From assembly GCF_037327425.1 (NCBI RefSeq), contig NZ_CP147846.1, forward strand, positions 2,604,963 to 2,668,962: 64,000 bases of DNA, read 5' to 3'. The notes below the pieces were generated by a model. The model worked only from the letters and a program-made list of their open reading frames with translations. It made no database searches and was not told the origin of the DNA. Each line of letters opens with the position of its first letter. Position 1 is the stretch's first letter. Positions 12,982 through 22,813 of this stretch are shown here, piece after piece. The position numbers and the translations under genes are program-made. The stretch is from Rhodococcus sovatensis (lineage in GTDB: Bacteria; Actinomycetota; Actinomycetes; Mycobacteriales; Mycobacteriaceae).

Positions 12982-14522
12982 GCACGCCTTCACCGACGGT
13001 GACCGAACCGGGGATGTTCGCCCTCGTTCTGCACTCTCATCTCCCCTGGCTCGCCAACCACGGCCGGTGGCCGGTCGGCGAAGAGTGGCTGTACCAGTCG
13101 TGGGCAGGTTCCTATCTGCCGTTGACAGACATGCTCACGGCGCTCGCCGACGAGGGCCGCACGCACCTACTGACCTTGGGCATCACACCCGTGCTGGCCG
13201 CTCAGCTTGACGATCCGCACTGCTTGTCAGGAATGCATCACTGGCTCGCCAACTGGCAGCTTCGCGCGCACGAGGCGACCGATCGTGATCTGTCGAGTCG
13301 CGAGCACCGTTCCGCCGCACAGGCTCTCGCCACCTTCGAAACTCGGTGGCGGCACGGCGGATCGCCGGTTCTGCGCCCTCTCGTCGATGCAGGAACCGTC
13401 GAAATGCTCGGTGGGCCTCTGGCACATCCGTTCCAGCCGCTCATGGACGAGCGCCTCCGGGAATTCTCCCTGTCCGAGGGCTTGGCCGACGCGCGCATGC
13501 GTCTGGGCACGCGACCCGACGGGATCTGGGCGCCGGAGTGTGCCTACGCGCCCGGCATGGAACGAGGTTATGCAGACGCCGGGGTCACCCATTTCATGGT
13601 CGACGGCCCCGCGCTACGCGGAGACACGAGCCTGGGAAGACGGGTGCGCGATTCCGACGTTGTCGCCTTCGGTCGCGACCTCGAGGTCAGTTACCGCGTG
13701 TGGTCACCGAAGTCCGGCTACCCGGGCCACTCCGCCTACCGGGATTTCCACACCTACGACCACGCAACAGGACTCAAGCACGCGCGAGTGACCGGCCGGG
13801 GAGTCGAGTCGGCAGACAAAGCCCCCTACGACCCCGAGGCTGCGTCGGCTGCCGTCGACAAACACGTCACCGATTTCGTCGATACCGTCCGTCGTCGCCT
13901 TCGCAGCGAATCGAATCGAATCGGCCGACCCGCACTCGTCGTCGCTGCGTTCGACACCGAACTGTTCGGCCACTGGTGGTTCGAGGGGCCCGTGTGGCTC
14001 GAACGGGTGCTGCGCGCGCTCCCCGAAGCGGGTATCGATGTCGGAACACTCGCGGACGCACGCGACAGGGGCTTCGTCGGGGCTCGCGTCGATCTGCCCC
14101 TGTCATCGTGGGGCTCCGGCAAGGACTGGCGAGTCTGGAACGGTGAGGCCGTCCAGGACCTCGTCGGTCTCAATGCAGAGGTCACCGCGACGGCACTCGA
14201 CGCCATCGACAAAAGCCGGGACCATTCCTTCGGCAAGCCCGAATTGCGCAACCGAGTGAACGACCAGATGGTGCGTGAGACACTGAACACAATCGCAAGC
14301 GACTGGGCGTTCATGGTCAGCAAGGATTCTGCCGCCGAATATGCACGTCAGCGAGCGCATGTTCACGCGCATGCTCTGCGAGAGATCGCCGATGCGACCG
14401 AACGCGGCCACGCCGGCCGCGCGGCCGAACTCGCTGAGCAGTGGAATCGGGCGGATGGCCTCTTCCCAGCGCTCGATGCACGGCGATTGCGCACGGATCG
14501 ACCGTTCGGAGGGGAGCGCTGA
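12978..14522 (+). CDS. Glycoside hydrolase family 57 branching-enzyme-like protein (Rv3031-like)
   Basis: 514 aa; contains MFALVLHSHLPW, a GH57 N-terminal signature. The start may be the ATG at 13014. Confidence 0.75.
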   Translation: MSTPSPTVTEPGMFALVLHSHLPWLANHGRWPVGEEWLYQSWAGSYLPLTDMLTALADEGRTHLLTLGITPVLAAQLDDPHCLSGMHHWLANWQLRAHEATDRDLSSREHRSAAQALATFETRWRHGGSPVLRPLVDAGTVEMLGGPLAHPFQPLMDERLREFSLSEGLADARMRLGTRPDGIWAPECAYAPGMERGYADAGVTHFMVDGPALRGDTSLGRRVRDSDVVAFGRDLEVSYRVWSPKSGYPGHSAYRDFHTYDHATGLKHARVTGRGVESADKAPYDPEAASAAVDKHVTDFVDTVRRRLRSESNRIGRPALVVAAFDTELFGHWWFEGPVWLERVLRALPEAGIDVGTLADARDRGFVGARVDLPLSSWGSGKDWRVWNGEAVQDLVGLNAEVTATALDAIDKSRDHSFGKPELRNRVNDQMVRETLNTIASDWAFMVSKDSAAEYARQRAHVHAHALREIADATERGHAGRAAELAEQWNRADGLFPALDARRLRTDRPFGGER

Positions 14523-14524
14523 AG

Positions 14525-15772
14525 TTGAAGGTCTTGATGGTGTCGTGGGAATACCCACCGGTCGTGGTCGGCGGCCTCGGCCGGCATGTCCATCATCTTG
14601 CGACCGAATTGGTCCGGTCGGGCCACGAGGTCGTCGTGCTCGCGCGTCGTCCAACCGGGACCGATGCATCGACGCACCCGACCCATCACCGCATCGAGGA
14701 CGGTGTGCTGGTCGTCGCGGTTGCCGAGGACCCCGCTCACTTCGTCTTCGGCGAGGACATGCTGGCATGGACGCTGGCGATGGGGCACGCCATGGTGCGT
14801 GCAGGCATCGCGCTCGGCAAGCCCGGACTCGGTGAGGGATGGACGCCCGACGTCGTTCACGCACACGACTGGCTCGTCGCCCACCCCTCCATCGCGCTGG
14901 CGGAGCACTTCGACGTGCCGCTTGTGTCCACGATCCACGCGACCGAGGCAGGCAGGCACAGCGGCTGGATTTCCGGCCCCGTCAACCGGCAGGTGCACTC
15001 GATCGAGTGGTGGCTCGCCAACGATTCCGACGCTGTCATCACGTGCTCGGCATCCATGAAGGACGAAGTGACGCGACTGTTCGGCATCCGGGATTCGTCC
15101 GTCGCAGTGATCAGGAACGGAATCGATATCCGCACCTGGACTTTCCGACGTCGCGAGCCGCGACAGGAGCCGGCGAAGCTGCTGTACGTGGGGCGACTCG
15201 AATACGAGAAGGGCATTCAGGACGCAATAGCCGCGATGCCCCGCATTCGCCGCAGCCACCCTGGCACCACCCTGCACATCGCCGGTGAAGGCACCCAGTT
15301 CGGATGGCTGGCTCAATTGGCCCGGACACATCGCGTCGCACGGGCTGTCTCGTTCCTCGGCTCGCTGGATCACACCGAGCTACTCGGCTGGCTGCACGGC
15401 GCCGACGCGATCGTCCTGCCCAGTCGGTACGAGCCGTTCGGGATCATTGCTCTGGAAGCTGCGGCGGCCGGAACCCCGCTCGTGGCGTCGACCGCAGGTG
15501 GCCTCGGCGAGGCGATCGTCGACGGCGTCACCGGGTTGTCGTTCGAACCGGCCGACGTCGGTGGACTCGCGACCGCAGTCCGACGGGTGCTCGACAACGT
15601 GGATGCAGCTCAGGATCGGGCGGAGGCCGCCAGGAAGCGCCTCACCGTCGATTTCGATTGGAAGCATGTCGCCGACGCAACGGCGCAGGTGTACCTCGCG
15701 GCCAAGCGGAAAGTTCGATATCCGCTGGCCCGGCCCGTCATCGTCGAACGTGCTCTACCCGAAAGAAGCTGA
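14525..15772 (+). CDS. GT4 alpha-glucosyltransferase (Rv3032-like)
   Basis: Begins KVLMVSWEYPPVVVGGLGRHV; the C-terminal EPFGIIALEAAAAG is the GT4 motif. TTG start at 14525 right after the upstream stop; the ATG at 14537 is an alternative. Confidence 0.8.
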   Translation: MKVLMVSWEYPPVVVGGLGRHVHHLATELVRSGHEVVVLARRPTGTDASTHPTHHRIEDGVLVVAVAEDPAHFVFGEDMLAWTLAMGHAMVRAGIALGKPGLGEGWTPDVVHAHDWLVAHPSIALAEHFDVPLVSTIHATEAGRHSGWISGPVNRQVHSIEWWLANDSDAVITCSASMKDEVTRLFGIRDSSVAVIRNGIDIRTWTFRRREPRQEPAKLLYVGRLEYEKGIQDAIAAMPRIRRSHPGTTLHIAGEGTQFGWLAQLARTHRVARAVSFLGSLDHTELLGWLHGADAIVLPSRYEPFGIIALEAAAAGTPLVASTAGGLGEAIVDGVTGLSFEPADVGGLATAVRRVLDNVDAAQDRAEAARKRLTVDFDWKHVADATAQVYLAAKRKVRYPLARPVIVERALPERS

Positions 15773-16531
15773 GTCTCCCCTGGCTGTCTCGGCAGCCTTG
15801 AGTGCTTTCTTTCGCTCGATGTCTTCCAGCGCCGCGATGTATTCCGCTCGCTTCGCGGCCCCGGCTTCCCAGTCGGCCTTGCGATTGCGAACGACTTTCG
15901 CCGGAGCACCGACTGCGATGCTGTAGTCCGGAATCGTGCCTTTGACCACGGCGTGGGCACCCAGAACACAACCGCGCCCGACGCTTGTCTCGCGAAGGAC
16001 GGTGACCTTTGCCGCGATCCAGGTATCCGGACCGATCCGTACCGGCCCCTTGACGATTCCCTGGTCCTTGATGGGCGTCGTCACGTCGTCCATCCGATGG
16101 TCGAAGTCGCAGATGTAGCACCAGTCCGCGACGAGCGTGGATGCGCCAATCTCGATGTCGAGGTAGGTGTTGACGACGTTGTCCTTCCCGAACACCACCT
16201 TGTCGCCGATGCGCAGCGAGCCTTCGTGGCAGCGGATCGCGTTCCCGTCACCGATATGAACCCAACGGCCGATCTCCAACCTCGACAGCTCCGGCGTCGA
16301 ATGAATCTCGACGTTCTTCCCCAGGAACACCATTCCGCGAAGAATGACGTGAGGGTTCGCTGCCTTGAACCGGGCGAGACGGTAGTACCGGACCAAATAC
16401 CACGGGGTGTACGCCTTGTTGTGCAGGACCCAGCGCAGTGAGTCGAGTGTGAGGAAGCGCGCCTGATCTTCGTCGCGTCGCCTGGATCCGCGCCACCGTG
16501 AACGCAGCGGTGCGTTCCACATGCTCGTCAT
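15755..16531 (-). CDS. Hexapeptide-repeat acetyltransferase (Rv3034c-like)
   Basis: Left-handed beta-helix hexapeptide repeats (IGDGNAIRCHEGSLRIGDKVVFG...). Start set at MTSMWNAPL; the upstream in-frame extension is a translation of the 33-bp repeat. Confidence 0.7.
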   Translation of the reverse strand: MTSMWNAPLRSRWRGSRRRDEDQARFLTLDSLRWVLHNKAYTPWYLVRYYRLARFKAANPHVILRGMVFLGKNVEIHSTPELSRLEIGRWVHIGDGNAIRCHEGSLRIGDKVVFGKDNVVNTYLDIEIGASTLVADWCYICDFDHRMDDVTTPIKDQGIVKGPVRIGPDTWIAAKVTVLRETSVGRGCVLGAHAVVKGTIPDYSIAVGAPAKVVRNRKADWEAGAAKRAEYIAALEDIERKKALKAAETARGDSASFG

Positions 16532-16552
16532 ACCGACACACCCTAATGGGAC

Positions 16553-16618
16553 AGGAGTGGAGCCTGCGGAACGACCCACGCAGCCGGGAGTGGAGCCTGC
16601 GGAACGACCCACGCAGCC
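16553..16618. repeat. 33-bp tandem repeat, 2 perfect copies, intergenic
   Basis: The unit is ggagtggagcctgcggaacgacccacgcagccg, repeated twice. It shares the core GGAGCCTGCGGA...GACCC with the repeat at 9771-9987. Confidence 0.9.
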
Positions 16619-16704
16619 GGGGAGCCGCTTTCCTGATAGGCGCGGTCGCCGGGATAGTCTTTGTGCTTGACACGTGGGGATCGAGGACGAGGGAGTTACA
16701 CAAG

Positions 16705-18015
16705 GTGCTTGGCCGCAGAGCTGGTTTCACGCGTGTGGTCACGCTGGCGACTGTCGCAGCATTGAGCGTCGTTGCGTGTGGGAGCGATGAGGACACCATC
16801 GACGCGTTCGCCGCCGGTGGCTGGCCGGTTGCCCACGGTGACGCTCGCAACAGCAGCACCACCGACCTCTCCGGCTTGGCCGATGCATCCCTCGACTGGA
16901 CGCGTCCGTTGGGGGGCGCTGTCATCGCACCGCTCTCGATCGCGTCGACCGGCCAGATGTTCGTCGGCGCCTACACCGAATCCGGTTGCAACCTCTTCTC
17001 GTTCGAGATCGATTCCGGCCGTAAGCGCTGGTGTAACCGCATCGGTCCGTCGGTCGCGACCGCAACGCCGCTCGTGGATTCGGTCGCCAATATCTACGTA
17101 GCGGACGACGGTGGGTTCTCCTCGTACAACGATCACGGCCAGCTGCGGTGGCGCACACCTACCTACGGTGTTCCCAGGTCGGCTCAGTTCCTGGGCGATG
17201 GAAGCGTTCTCGCGGTCACTCAGTTCGGGCAGATGAACGTCCTGGACACTCAGACTGGTCAGACTGTTGTGCCTATCCATGATCTCGTCGCGCTTCCGGA
17301 CTTCCTCGCCTCGCCGGATACCGACTTCTTGCCCCCGGATACCGGGCTGGAGGACTGCGCGACCGGATCGCCGGAGTGTGCGGTGCCCGCAACACCCGCC
17401 GTCGATCTCGATGCGTCCGAAATTCTCCTCGTTCTGTGGCGCCCCGGTGCCATTGCACCGCAACTGGTGTCGCTGCACTACGACGCTTCGGCTACACCCG
17501 CGATCACCGAGACGTGGTCGTCGGATTTGCTTCCTGCCGCTGTGACGTCGAGTCCGGTGCTGTCCAGTGACGGAGATACTGTCTATCTCGCTGACGTCGA
17601 CGGTCGGCTGAGCGCGTTCGATACCTCGAACGGTTCGGTGAAGTGGACGTTCGGAGCTGGATTCGGAAACGGGGGCACGCCGTCGGTGTCGTCCGACGGG
17701 TACATCGTTCCGGTCGGCGGCGATACGGGTATGCGTGCTGTCCGTGACGACGGAGACAGCGCTAGCGTGGCATGGACGCGAGATGACCTGCAGCAGTTGG
17801 GAACTCCCGTGCAGACTACGGACAACACGCTCGTGACCGTTACCGGCCGTGGCGATGAGCTGTACCTGACCTCGCTCGATTCCGGCACCGGGGAGACGAT
17901 CTCGGACCGAGCGCTTCCAGGCGCGGCAGGATTCACCATCGGCACATCGATCGGTCCGGACGGCCAGGTGGTCACCGCGTCCTACCTCGGTGAAATCTTC
18001 ACCTACGCACCGTGA
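16705..18015 (+). CDS. Secreted PQQ-like beta-propeller lipoprotein (Rv3035-like)
   Basis: GTG start gives the signal peptide VLGRRAGFTRVVTLATVAALSVVAC, with a lipobox. The body has repeated beta-propeller blades. Confidence 0.65.
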   Translation: MLGRRAGFTRVVTLATVAALSVVACGSDEDTIDAFAAGGWPVAHGDARNSSTTDLSGLADASLDWTRPLGGAVIAPLSIASTGQMFVGAYTESGCNLFSFEIDSGRKRWCNRIGPSVATATPLVDSVANIYVADDGGFSSYNDHGQLRWRTPTYGVPRSAQFLGDGSVLAVTQFGQMNVLDTQTGQTVVPIHDLVALPDFLASPDTDFLPPDTGLEDCATGSPECAVPATPAVDLDASEILLVLWRPGAIAPQLVSLHYDASATPAITETWSSDLLPAAVTSSPVLSSDGDTVYLADVDGRLSAFDTSNGSVKWTFGAGFGNGGTPSVSSDGYIVPVGGDTGMRAVRDDGDSASVAWTRDDLQQLGTPVQTTDNTLVTVTGRGDELYLTSLDSGTGETISDRALPGAAGFTIGTSIGPDGQVVTASYLGEIFTYAP

Positions 18016-19184
18016 TGCGTTCGGCCCGGTTCTCGTGCCGCACAGATGAAGGCCACGCCTGATCTCTCGATGCGGGTGATGATCACCGACAGTGCAACAT
18101 CGCCCTTCAACTTCAGGCGCGGTCGGAGTACAGCCGGATCGACATCGATCCCCCGCACCAGGATCTCCACGGATCCACACCCGTGGCTCGTCAACGCTTG
18201 GCGCAGCGTCTTCTCCGAAAATTTGATTCTCTCGAGAATCCTGAATCCGTTGACTCCCATGGGCACGGAGTCTCCCGTCAGGTAGGCGATTCGAGGATCC
18301 AACTGCCACAACCCGTGCTTGGCCGCGTAGTGGCGCACCAGCCCGGCGCGCACCACGGCACCGTCGGGATCGACGATCCACGAACCCGGATTCGCGGCTT
18401 CGATGTCGTCGGGCTCTGCGTCGGTGATCTCGTAGTTCCATCCGTCCGACGTCAACACCGATGCACGCCGACCGACTGTGGAATCGGTGAGACCCGACGA
18501 CCACAGGCACGCTTCCTTGACGCCGCCGTCCAAGGACACCAATTCGATCTCGCCGTCCCACTCCAGCGCGTCGAAGTCGAGGCCTGGAGCACATTTCACG
18601 ACGAGATCCCTGCGCGCGTAACTCTCGAGCAGCGCGGGCAGCGGTGGCTCGAGCGCCGCCGGGTCGTAGGTTCGTTTGCCTCCCGAACGTCGTCCTGGGT
18701 CGGCGAGCACGACTGTCCCGTGAGAGGTCGGTGTGAGTGCGTCGGCGCGCAGCACGGCTGCGCCGGGAACGTTGAGTGCCGCCATCCGCAGTCGCACAGC
18801 GTCCAGATCGCTGCCGATCACCAGACCCGGCGTTCTCGTCAGAGCCGCGAGTTCGGTACCGATGGAGCACGTGACGTCGTGCACGTCGCGTCCCGCCAGA
18901 CGCTCTGCCCGACGCTCAGCGATGACCGACGGCGTCGCCTGCTGGACAGCATCGTCGGTCAGCAGCCAACTGCCCACATCCGACAGCTTGCTCCGTGCCT
19001 TTCGCCGGAGGCTTGTGGTCTCCACCAACGAGGCTGCGCGGTCTCCGAACGACCCTCGCGCCTTCGCAATGTCGGCGAGCATCGAGGCCTTCGTCAGGGG
19101 CAGTTCTTCGATCCGGCGTAGTGCAGCGGCACCGACATCGCTGGACAAGTAGTCGATGTCGGTGCCGTCGAACTCGTAGGGCAT
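18003..19184 (-). CDS. SAM-dependent methyltransferase (Rv3037c-like)
   Basis: 393 aa; class I methyltransferase core (VVLADPGRRSG) with an N-terminal domain. Confidence 0.65.
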   Translation of the reverse strand: MPYEFDGTDIDYLSSDVGAAALRRIEELPLTKASMLADIAKARGSFGDRAASLVETTSLRRKARSKLSDVGSWLLTDDAVQQATPSVIAERRAERLAGRDVHDVTCSIGTELAALTRTPGLVIGSDLDAVRLRMAALNVPGAAVLRADALTPTSHGTVVLADPGRRSGGKRTYDPAALEPPLPALLESYARRDLVVKCAPGLDFDALEWDGEIELVSLDGGVKEACLWSSGLTDSTVGRRASVLTSDGWNYEITDAEPDDIEAANPGSWIVDPDGAVVRAGLVRHYAAKHGLWQLDPRIAYLTGDSVPMGVNGFRILERIKFSEKTLRQALTSHGCGSVEILVRGIDVDPAVLRPRLKLKGDVALSVIITRIERSGVAFICAAREPGRTHHGA

Positions 19185-19200
19185 CTTGTGAGCGGGGAAA

Positions 19201-20229
19201 TCAGTCGGACTTCACTCCGGTGATCATCACGTTGTAGAAGAAGCTGCGTGGAACCACGTGCTCGAGGACGTTCTCGTCCACCCAGCTCAAGGTCTTCCAC
19301 CCGCCGAACGCGAACCGCGCCCAATTCCAGCCGAGCTTCTCGGCCGGAACCGCCGCCTCGAATGTGCGTACCGGCCAGCCGAGCAACGCAGCTGCAAATT
19401 CCTCGGTCTGCGCCTGAACCTGGACGGCCCCGGCGCTGCGGGCGATGTTCTCTAGATCCGTCGGATCGAACGTGTGCAGGTCGACGACGGCTTCGAGCGC
19501 TGCAGCGCGTGAGGACTCGTCGAGTTCCTCCTGCGGCTTGCGCCAACTCGCGAGGAACGGCAACTTGGTGGCCCTGGTCGTTGCCTCCCACGTGAGTCGC
19601 CCGAGCCACCGCGCATAGAAGTTGCCTACCGTGGTGGGCTCACCGGCGAACACGAATCGTCCGCCGGGCTTGAGCACTCGGAGCACTTCACGCAGTGACT
19701 GCTCCACGTCGGGAATGTGGTGCAGCACCGCATGCCCGACAACCAGGTCGAATGTGTTGTCCTCGTACGGGATGGTTTCGGCGTCCGCGACCCGTCCATC
19801 TACATCCAAATTCAGGTGCTCGGCGTTGCGAAGCGCGACCTTGACCATGCCGGGTGACAAATCCGTCACCGACCCCTTGTCGGCAACCCCGGCCTGCATG
19901 AGATTGAGAAGGAAGAAGCCGGTTCCGCAACCCAACTCCAGTGCGCGCCCATGCGGAAGTGCGTCCTGTGCGCTCGGTTGTCCGCTGACTGCCTGGTCGA
20001 AGCGACCACGCGCGTAGTCGATGCAACGCTCGTCGTACGAGATCGACCACTTGTCGTCGTACGTCTCCGCTTCCCAGTCGTGATAGAGCACCTGAGCAAG
20101 CTTGGTGTCACTGCGCGCGGCCTCGACCTGCTCGGCGGTGGCGTGCGGATTGGGCGCGGGGTCGCTCGGAGCGTCCGGAACCACGTGCAGGGTGGCGTCG
20201 GAGTTACCGTCGTGCGGGCTTGCAGTCAT
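19201..20229 (-). CDS. Class I SAM-dependent methyltransferase (Rv3038c-like)
   Basis: LELGCGTGFFLLNL motif I; 342 aa. Confidence 0.8.
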   Translation of the reverse strand: MTASPHDGNSDATLHVVPDAPSDPAPNPHATAEQVEAARSDTKLAQVLYHDWEAETYDDKWSISYDERCIDYARGRFDQAVSGQPSAQDALPHGRALELGCGTGFFLLNLMQAGVADKGSVTDLSPGMVKVALRNAEHLNLDVDGRVADAETIPYEDNTFDLVVGHAVLHHIPDVEQSLREVLRVLKPGGRFVFAGEPTTVGNFYARWLGRLTWEATTRATKLPFLASWRKPQEELDESSRAAALEAVVDLHTFDPTDLENIARSAGAVQVQAQTEEFAAALLGWPVRTFEAAVPAEKLGWNWARFAFGGWKTLSWVDENVLEHVVPRSFFYNVMITGVKSD

Positions 20230-20284
20230 GAGGGCAGCCTACTATCCAGTAGAGAATGAACAAGTTCTAGTTTGTCAGCCGAGA

Positions 20285-21064
20285 TCATTCCCCGACGAAC
20301 TCGGCCTTGCCCGGTCCGTTGGCGATGAACGATTCCATACCGATGGTGCGATCTTTCGTGGCGAACAACGCGGCGAACTGCTGAGCTTCGATCTTGAGGC
20401 CAGTGCCCAGGTCGGCGTCGAGCCCCTGATCGATCGACGCCTTCGCGGCGGCGAGCGCCCGCGAGGCGCCCGTAGTGAACTGCGACGCCCACTTCCGTGC
20501 CGCGTTGTACACCTCGTCGGGAGCGACCACCTCGTCGACCAGTCCGATGCGCAGGGCCTCCTCGGCACCGACGAATCGGCCGGTGAACACCATGTCCTTG
20601 GCCTTGCTCGGACCCACCAATCGCGCGAGGCGCTGGGTACCACCTCCGCCCGGAATGACGCCCAACAGCACCTCGGGCACCCCGAGCTTCGCGTTGTCCC
20701 CGGCGATGCGCCGATCTGCACCCAACGCCACTTCGAGCCCGCCGCCGAGTGCGTATCCGGTGATCGCGGCGACGACCGGCTTCGGTATGCCTGCCAACGA
20801 ACCGAGCGCGGACTGGAGATCACCGATGATGTCGGTCATCTGAGCCGGCGTCAGCTCGACCATTTCCTTGATGTCCGCTCCCGCTGCGAAGACTTTCTCC
20901 CCGCCGTAGACGATGACCGCTCGGACGGCGGAATCGACGGTCGCCGCGCGCGCAGCGGCACGAATCTCCTCCTGGACCTGACGGTTCAACGCATTCATCG
21001 GAGGACGGTCCAACCGGATCGTGCCGATGCCGTCTGATACCTCGAGAGTCACGAACTCAGCCAT
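20285..21064 (-). CDS. Enoyl-CoA hydratase/isomerase (EchA17-like)
   Basis: Crotonase fold motifs AAITGYALGGGLEVAL. Start at MAEFVTLEV (ATG at 21064); the 130-aa extension in the ORF track is overlap. Confidence 0.85.
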   Translation of the reverse strand: MAEFVTLEVSDGIGTIRLDRPPMNALNRQVQEEIRAAARAATVDSAVRAVIVYGGEKVFAAGADIKEMVELTPAQMTDIIGDLQSALGSLAGIPKPVVAAITGYALGGGLEVALGADRRIAGDNAKLGVPEVLLGVIPGGGGTQRLARLVGPSKAKDMVFTGRFVGAEEALRIGLVDEVVAPDEVYNAARKWASQFTTGASRALAAAKASIDQGLDADLGTGLKIEAQQFAALFATKDRTIGMESFIANGPGKAEFVGE

Positions 21065-21075
21065 GTTCGCACACG

Positions 21076-21906
21076 CTACCGGTGCCGGTCCTTGTCTCCG
21101 GCCCACGGGTGCGCACTGCCCGCGTAGTAGTTGTCCTGGCCGGGAAATTCGACCCGTATTTCGCCGTCGACGTGGTAGAGATTCGGCTGTATCGGGGCGA
21201 TGTCGGGGGATGTAGCAAGCACGTCGGCCACCGAGGAGAACTCCGTCAACCCGGACAACTGACTCCACGTCGGTGGCAGCAGAACCGTGCTGCCCGCACG
21301 CCAGTCGGTGAGCGCAGACTCGGGAGACCGCCACCCCACCGATGCAGCCTCCGTGGTTGCGCCGTCGGCGAACTGGCCCTCCGGTTGGACTGCGACGAAG
21401 AACCTGGTGTCGTAGCGACGTTTCTCGCCGACGGGTGTAATCCAGTTCGACCACGGACGCAGTAGATCCGCTCGAAGCACGAGTCCATTGCGGGTGAGGA
21501 ACTCGCCGAACGTCTGCTCACGCCGCTCGAGTGCACCCCGATCGTCATCGTAGACCTCCGTATCGGTCACCACGGTATCGGCGGTGCGCCCGGCCAGCAG
21601 AATTCCGCACTCCTCGAACGTCTCCCGGGCGGCGGCGCACACGAGAGCTGCTGCCTTCCGCTCGTCGACTGCGAATTTGCTCGCCCACCAGGACGGCGGG
21701 GGGCCGGCCCAGGCAAGATCGGAATCCGCATCGGAGATGTCGACGCCACCCCCGGGGAACACGGTCATGCCGCCGGCGAATGCCATGCCACCGACCCGCT
21801 CCAGCAGAAAGACCTCGATGCCGTCGTCGCGGTTCTGCAGGAGGATGACGGTCGAGGCATCGCGGACTGGTGCTGCCTCGGTGGGCGGGAGCTCGGTGGA
21901 AGACAC
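21076..21906 (-). CDS. NUDIX hydrolase (Rv3040c-like)
   Basis: Nudix box-like region RETFEECGILLAG. Confidence 0.7.
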   Translation of the reverse strand: MSSTELPPTEAAPVRDASTVILLQNRDDGIEVFLLERVGGMAFAGGMTVFPGGGVDISDADSDLAWAGPPPSWWASKFAVDERKAAALVCAAARETFEECGILLAGRTADTVVTDTEVYDDDRGALERREQTFGEFLTRNGLVLRADLLRPWSNWITPVGEKRRYDTRFFVAVQPEGQFADGATTEAASVGWRSPESALTDWRAGSTVLLPPTWSQLSGLTEFSSVADVLATSPDIAPIQPNLYHVDGEIRVEFPGQDNYYAGSAHPWAGDKDRHR

Positions 21907-21941
21907 CTGCTCGAAACTACAACGCCGTGAAGTCGGACTCC

Positions 21942-22784
21942 TCAGCGGCGGTGCTGACCGGAGGCCCTGGTGCGTCGCGCGAAGAATCGCCCGTCGACAC
22001 GGTCCAGGGTGATGGACTGACTGAACGCCTCGGTGAGGTTCTCCGCCGTGATGACGTCGTCGACGAAACCCTTGGCGACCACGCCGCCTTCCTTCAGTAG
22101 CAGCGCATGGCTGAAGCCGGGTGGGATTTCTTCCACATGGTGCGTGATCAGCACCGTTGCCGGCGCATCCGGATCGGCGGCGAGATCGGCCAGACGTGCG
22201 ACGAGTTCCTCACGTCCACCGAGGTCGAGACCGGCGGCGGGTTCATCGAGGAGGAGCAGCTCGGGATCGGTCATGAGTGCACGCGCGATCAGTACGCGCT
22301 TTCGCTCACCTTCGGACAGAGTCCCGTACGTCCGCTGGGCCAGGTGCTCGGCGCCGAGGCTCTCCAACATCTCGACGGCACGCTCGGTGTCCATGTCGTC
22401 GTAGCGCTCACGCCAGCGACCGAGGACGCTGTACCCCGCCGAGACGACCAGATCGCTGACTATCTCGTCGGCAGGAATGCGATGAGCCAGGGCGGAGGAC
22501 GACAGACCGATCCGAGGTTTCAGGTCGGCGATGTCGGCCTTGCCCATGACCTCGCCGAGCACATGCGCTGTGCCGGAGGTGGGATGAACTTCGGCCGCGG
22601 CGATGCGCATCAACGACGTCTTGCCCGCGCCGTTCGGCCCGAGAACGACCCATCGTTCGTCGAGTTCCACCTGCCAGGTCACCGGGCCGACGAGTGTTAC
22701 TCCACCCCGCCTGATGAGAACGTCGTTGAAATCGATGAGCAGATCGGGATCCGGTTCAGACACGTTGTCCATCTTGTCGCACAT
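21942..22784 (-). CDS. ABC transporter ATP-binding protein (Rv3041c-like)
   Basis: Walker A GPNGAGKTS, signature LSEGERKRV and Walker B LLLLDEP are all present. Confidence 0.9.
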   Translation of the reverse strand: MCDKMDNVSEPDPDLLIDFNDVLIRRGGVTLVGPVTWQVELDERWVVLGPNGAGKTSLMRIAAAEVHPTSGTAHVLGEVMGKADIADLKPRIGLSSSALAHRIPADEIVSDLVVSAGYSVLGRWRERYDDMDTERAVEMLESLGAEHLAQRTYGTLSEGERKRVLIARALMTDPELLLLDEPAAGLDLGGREELVARLADLAADPDAPATVLITHHVEEIPPGFSHALLLKEGGVVAKGFVDDVITAENLTEAFSQSITLDRVDGRFFARRTRASGQHRR

Positions 22785-22813
22785 CCGGCGCGCTTACACG
22801 GCAGGATCTCCAT

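Noticed and set aside
16696-18870. 724-aa Arg-rich ORF
   Set aside because: Antisense or out-of-frame read-through typical of high-GC DNA; it overlaps the PQQ-lipoprotein and methyltransferase genes and has no domain-like sequence.
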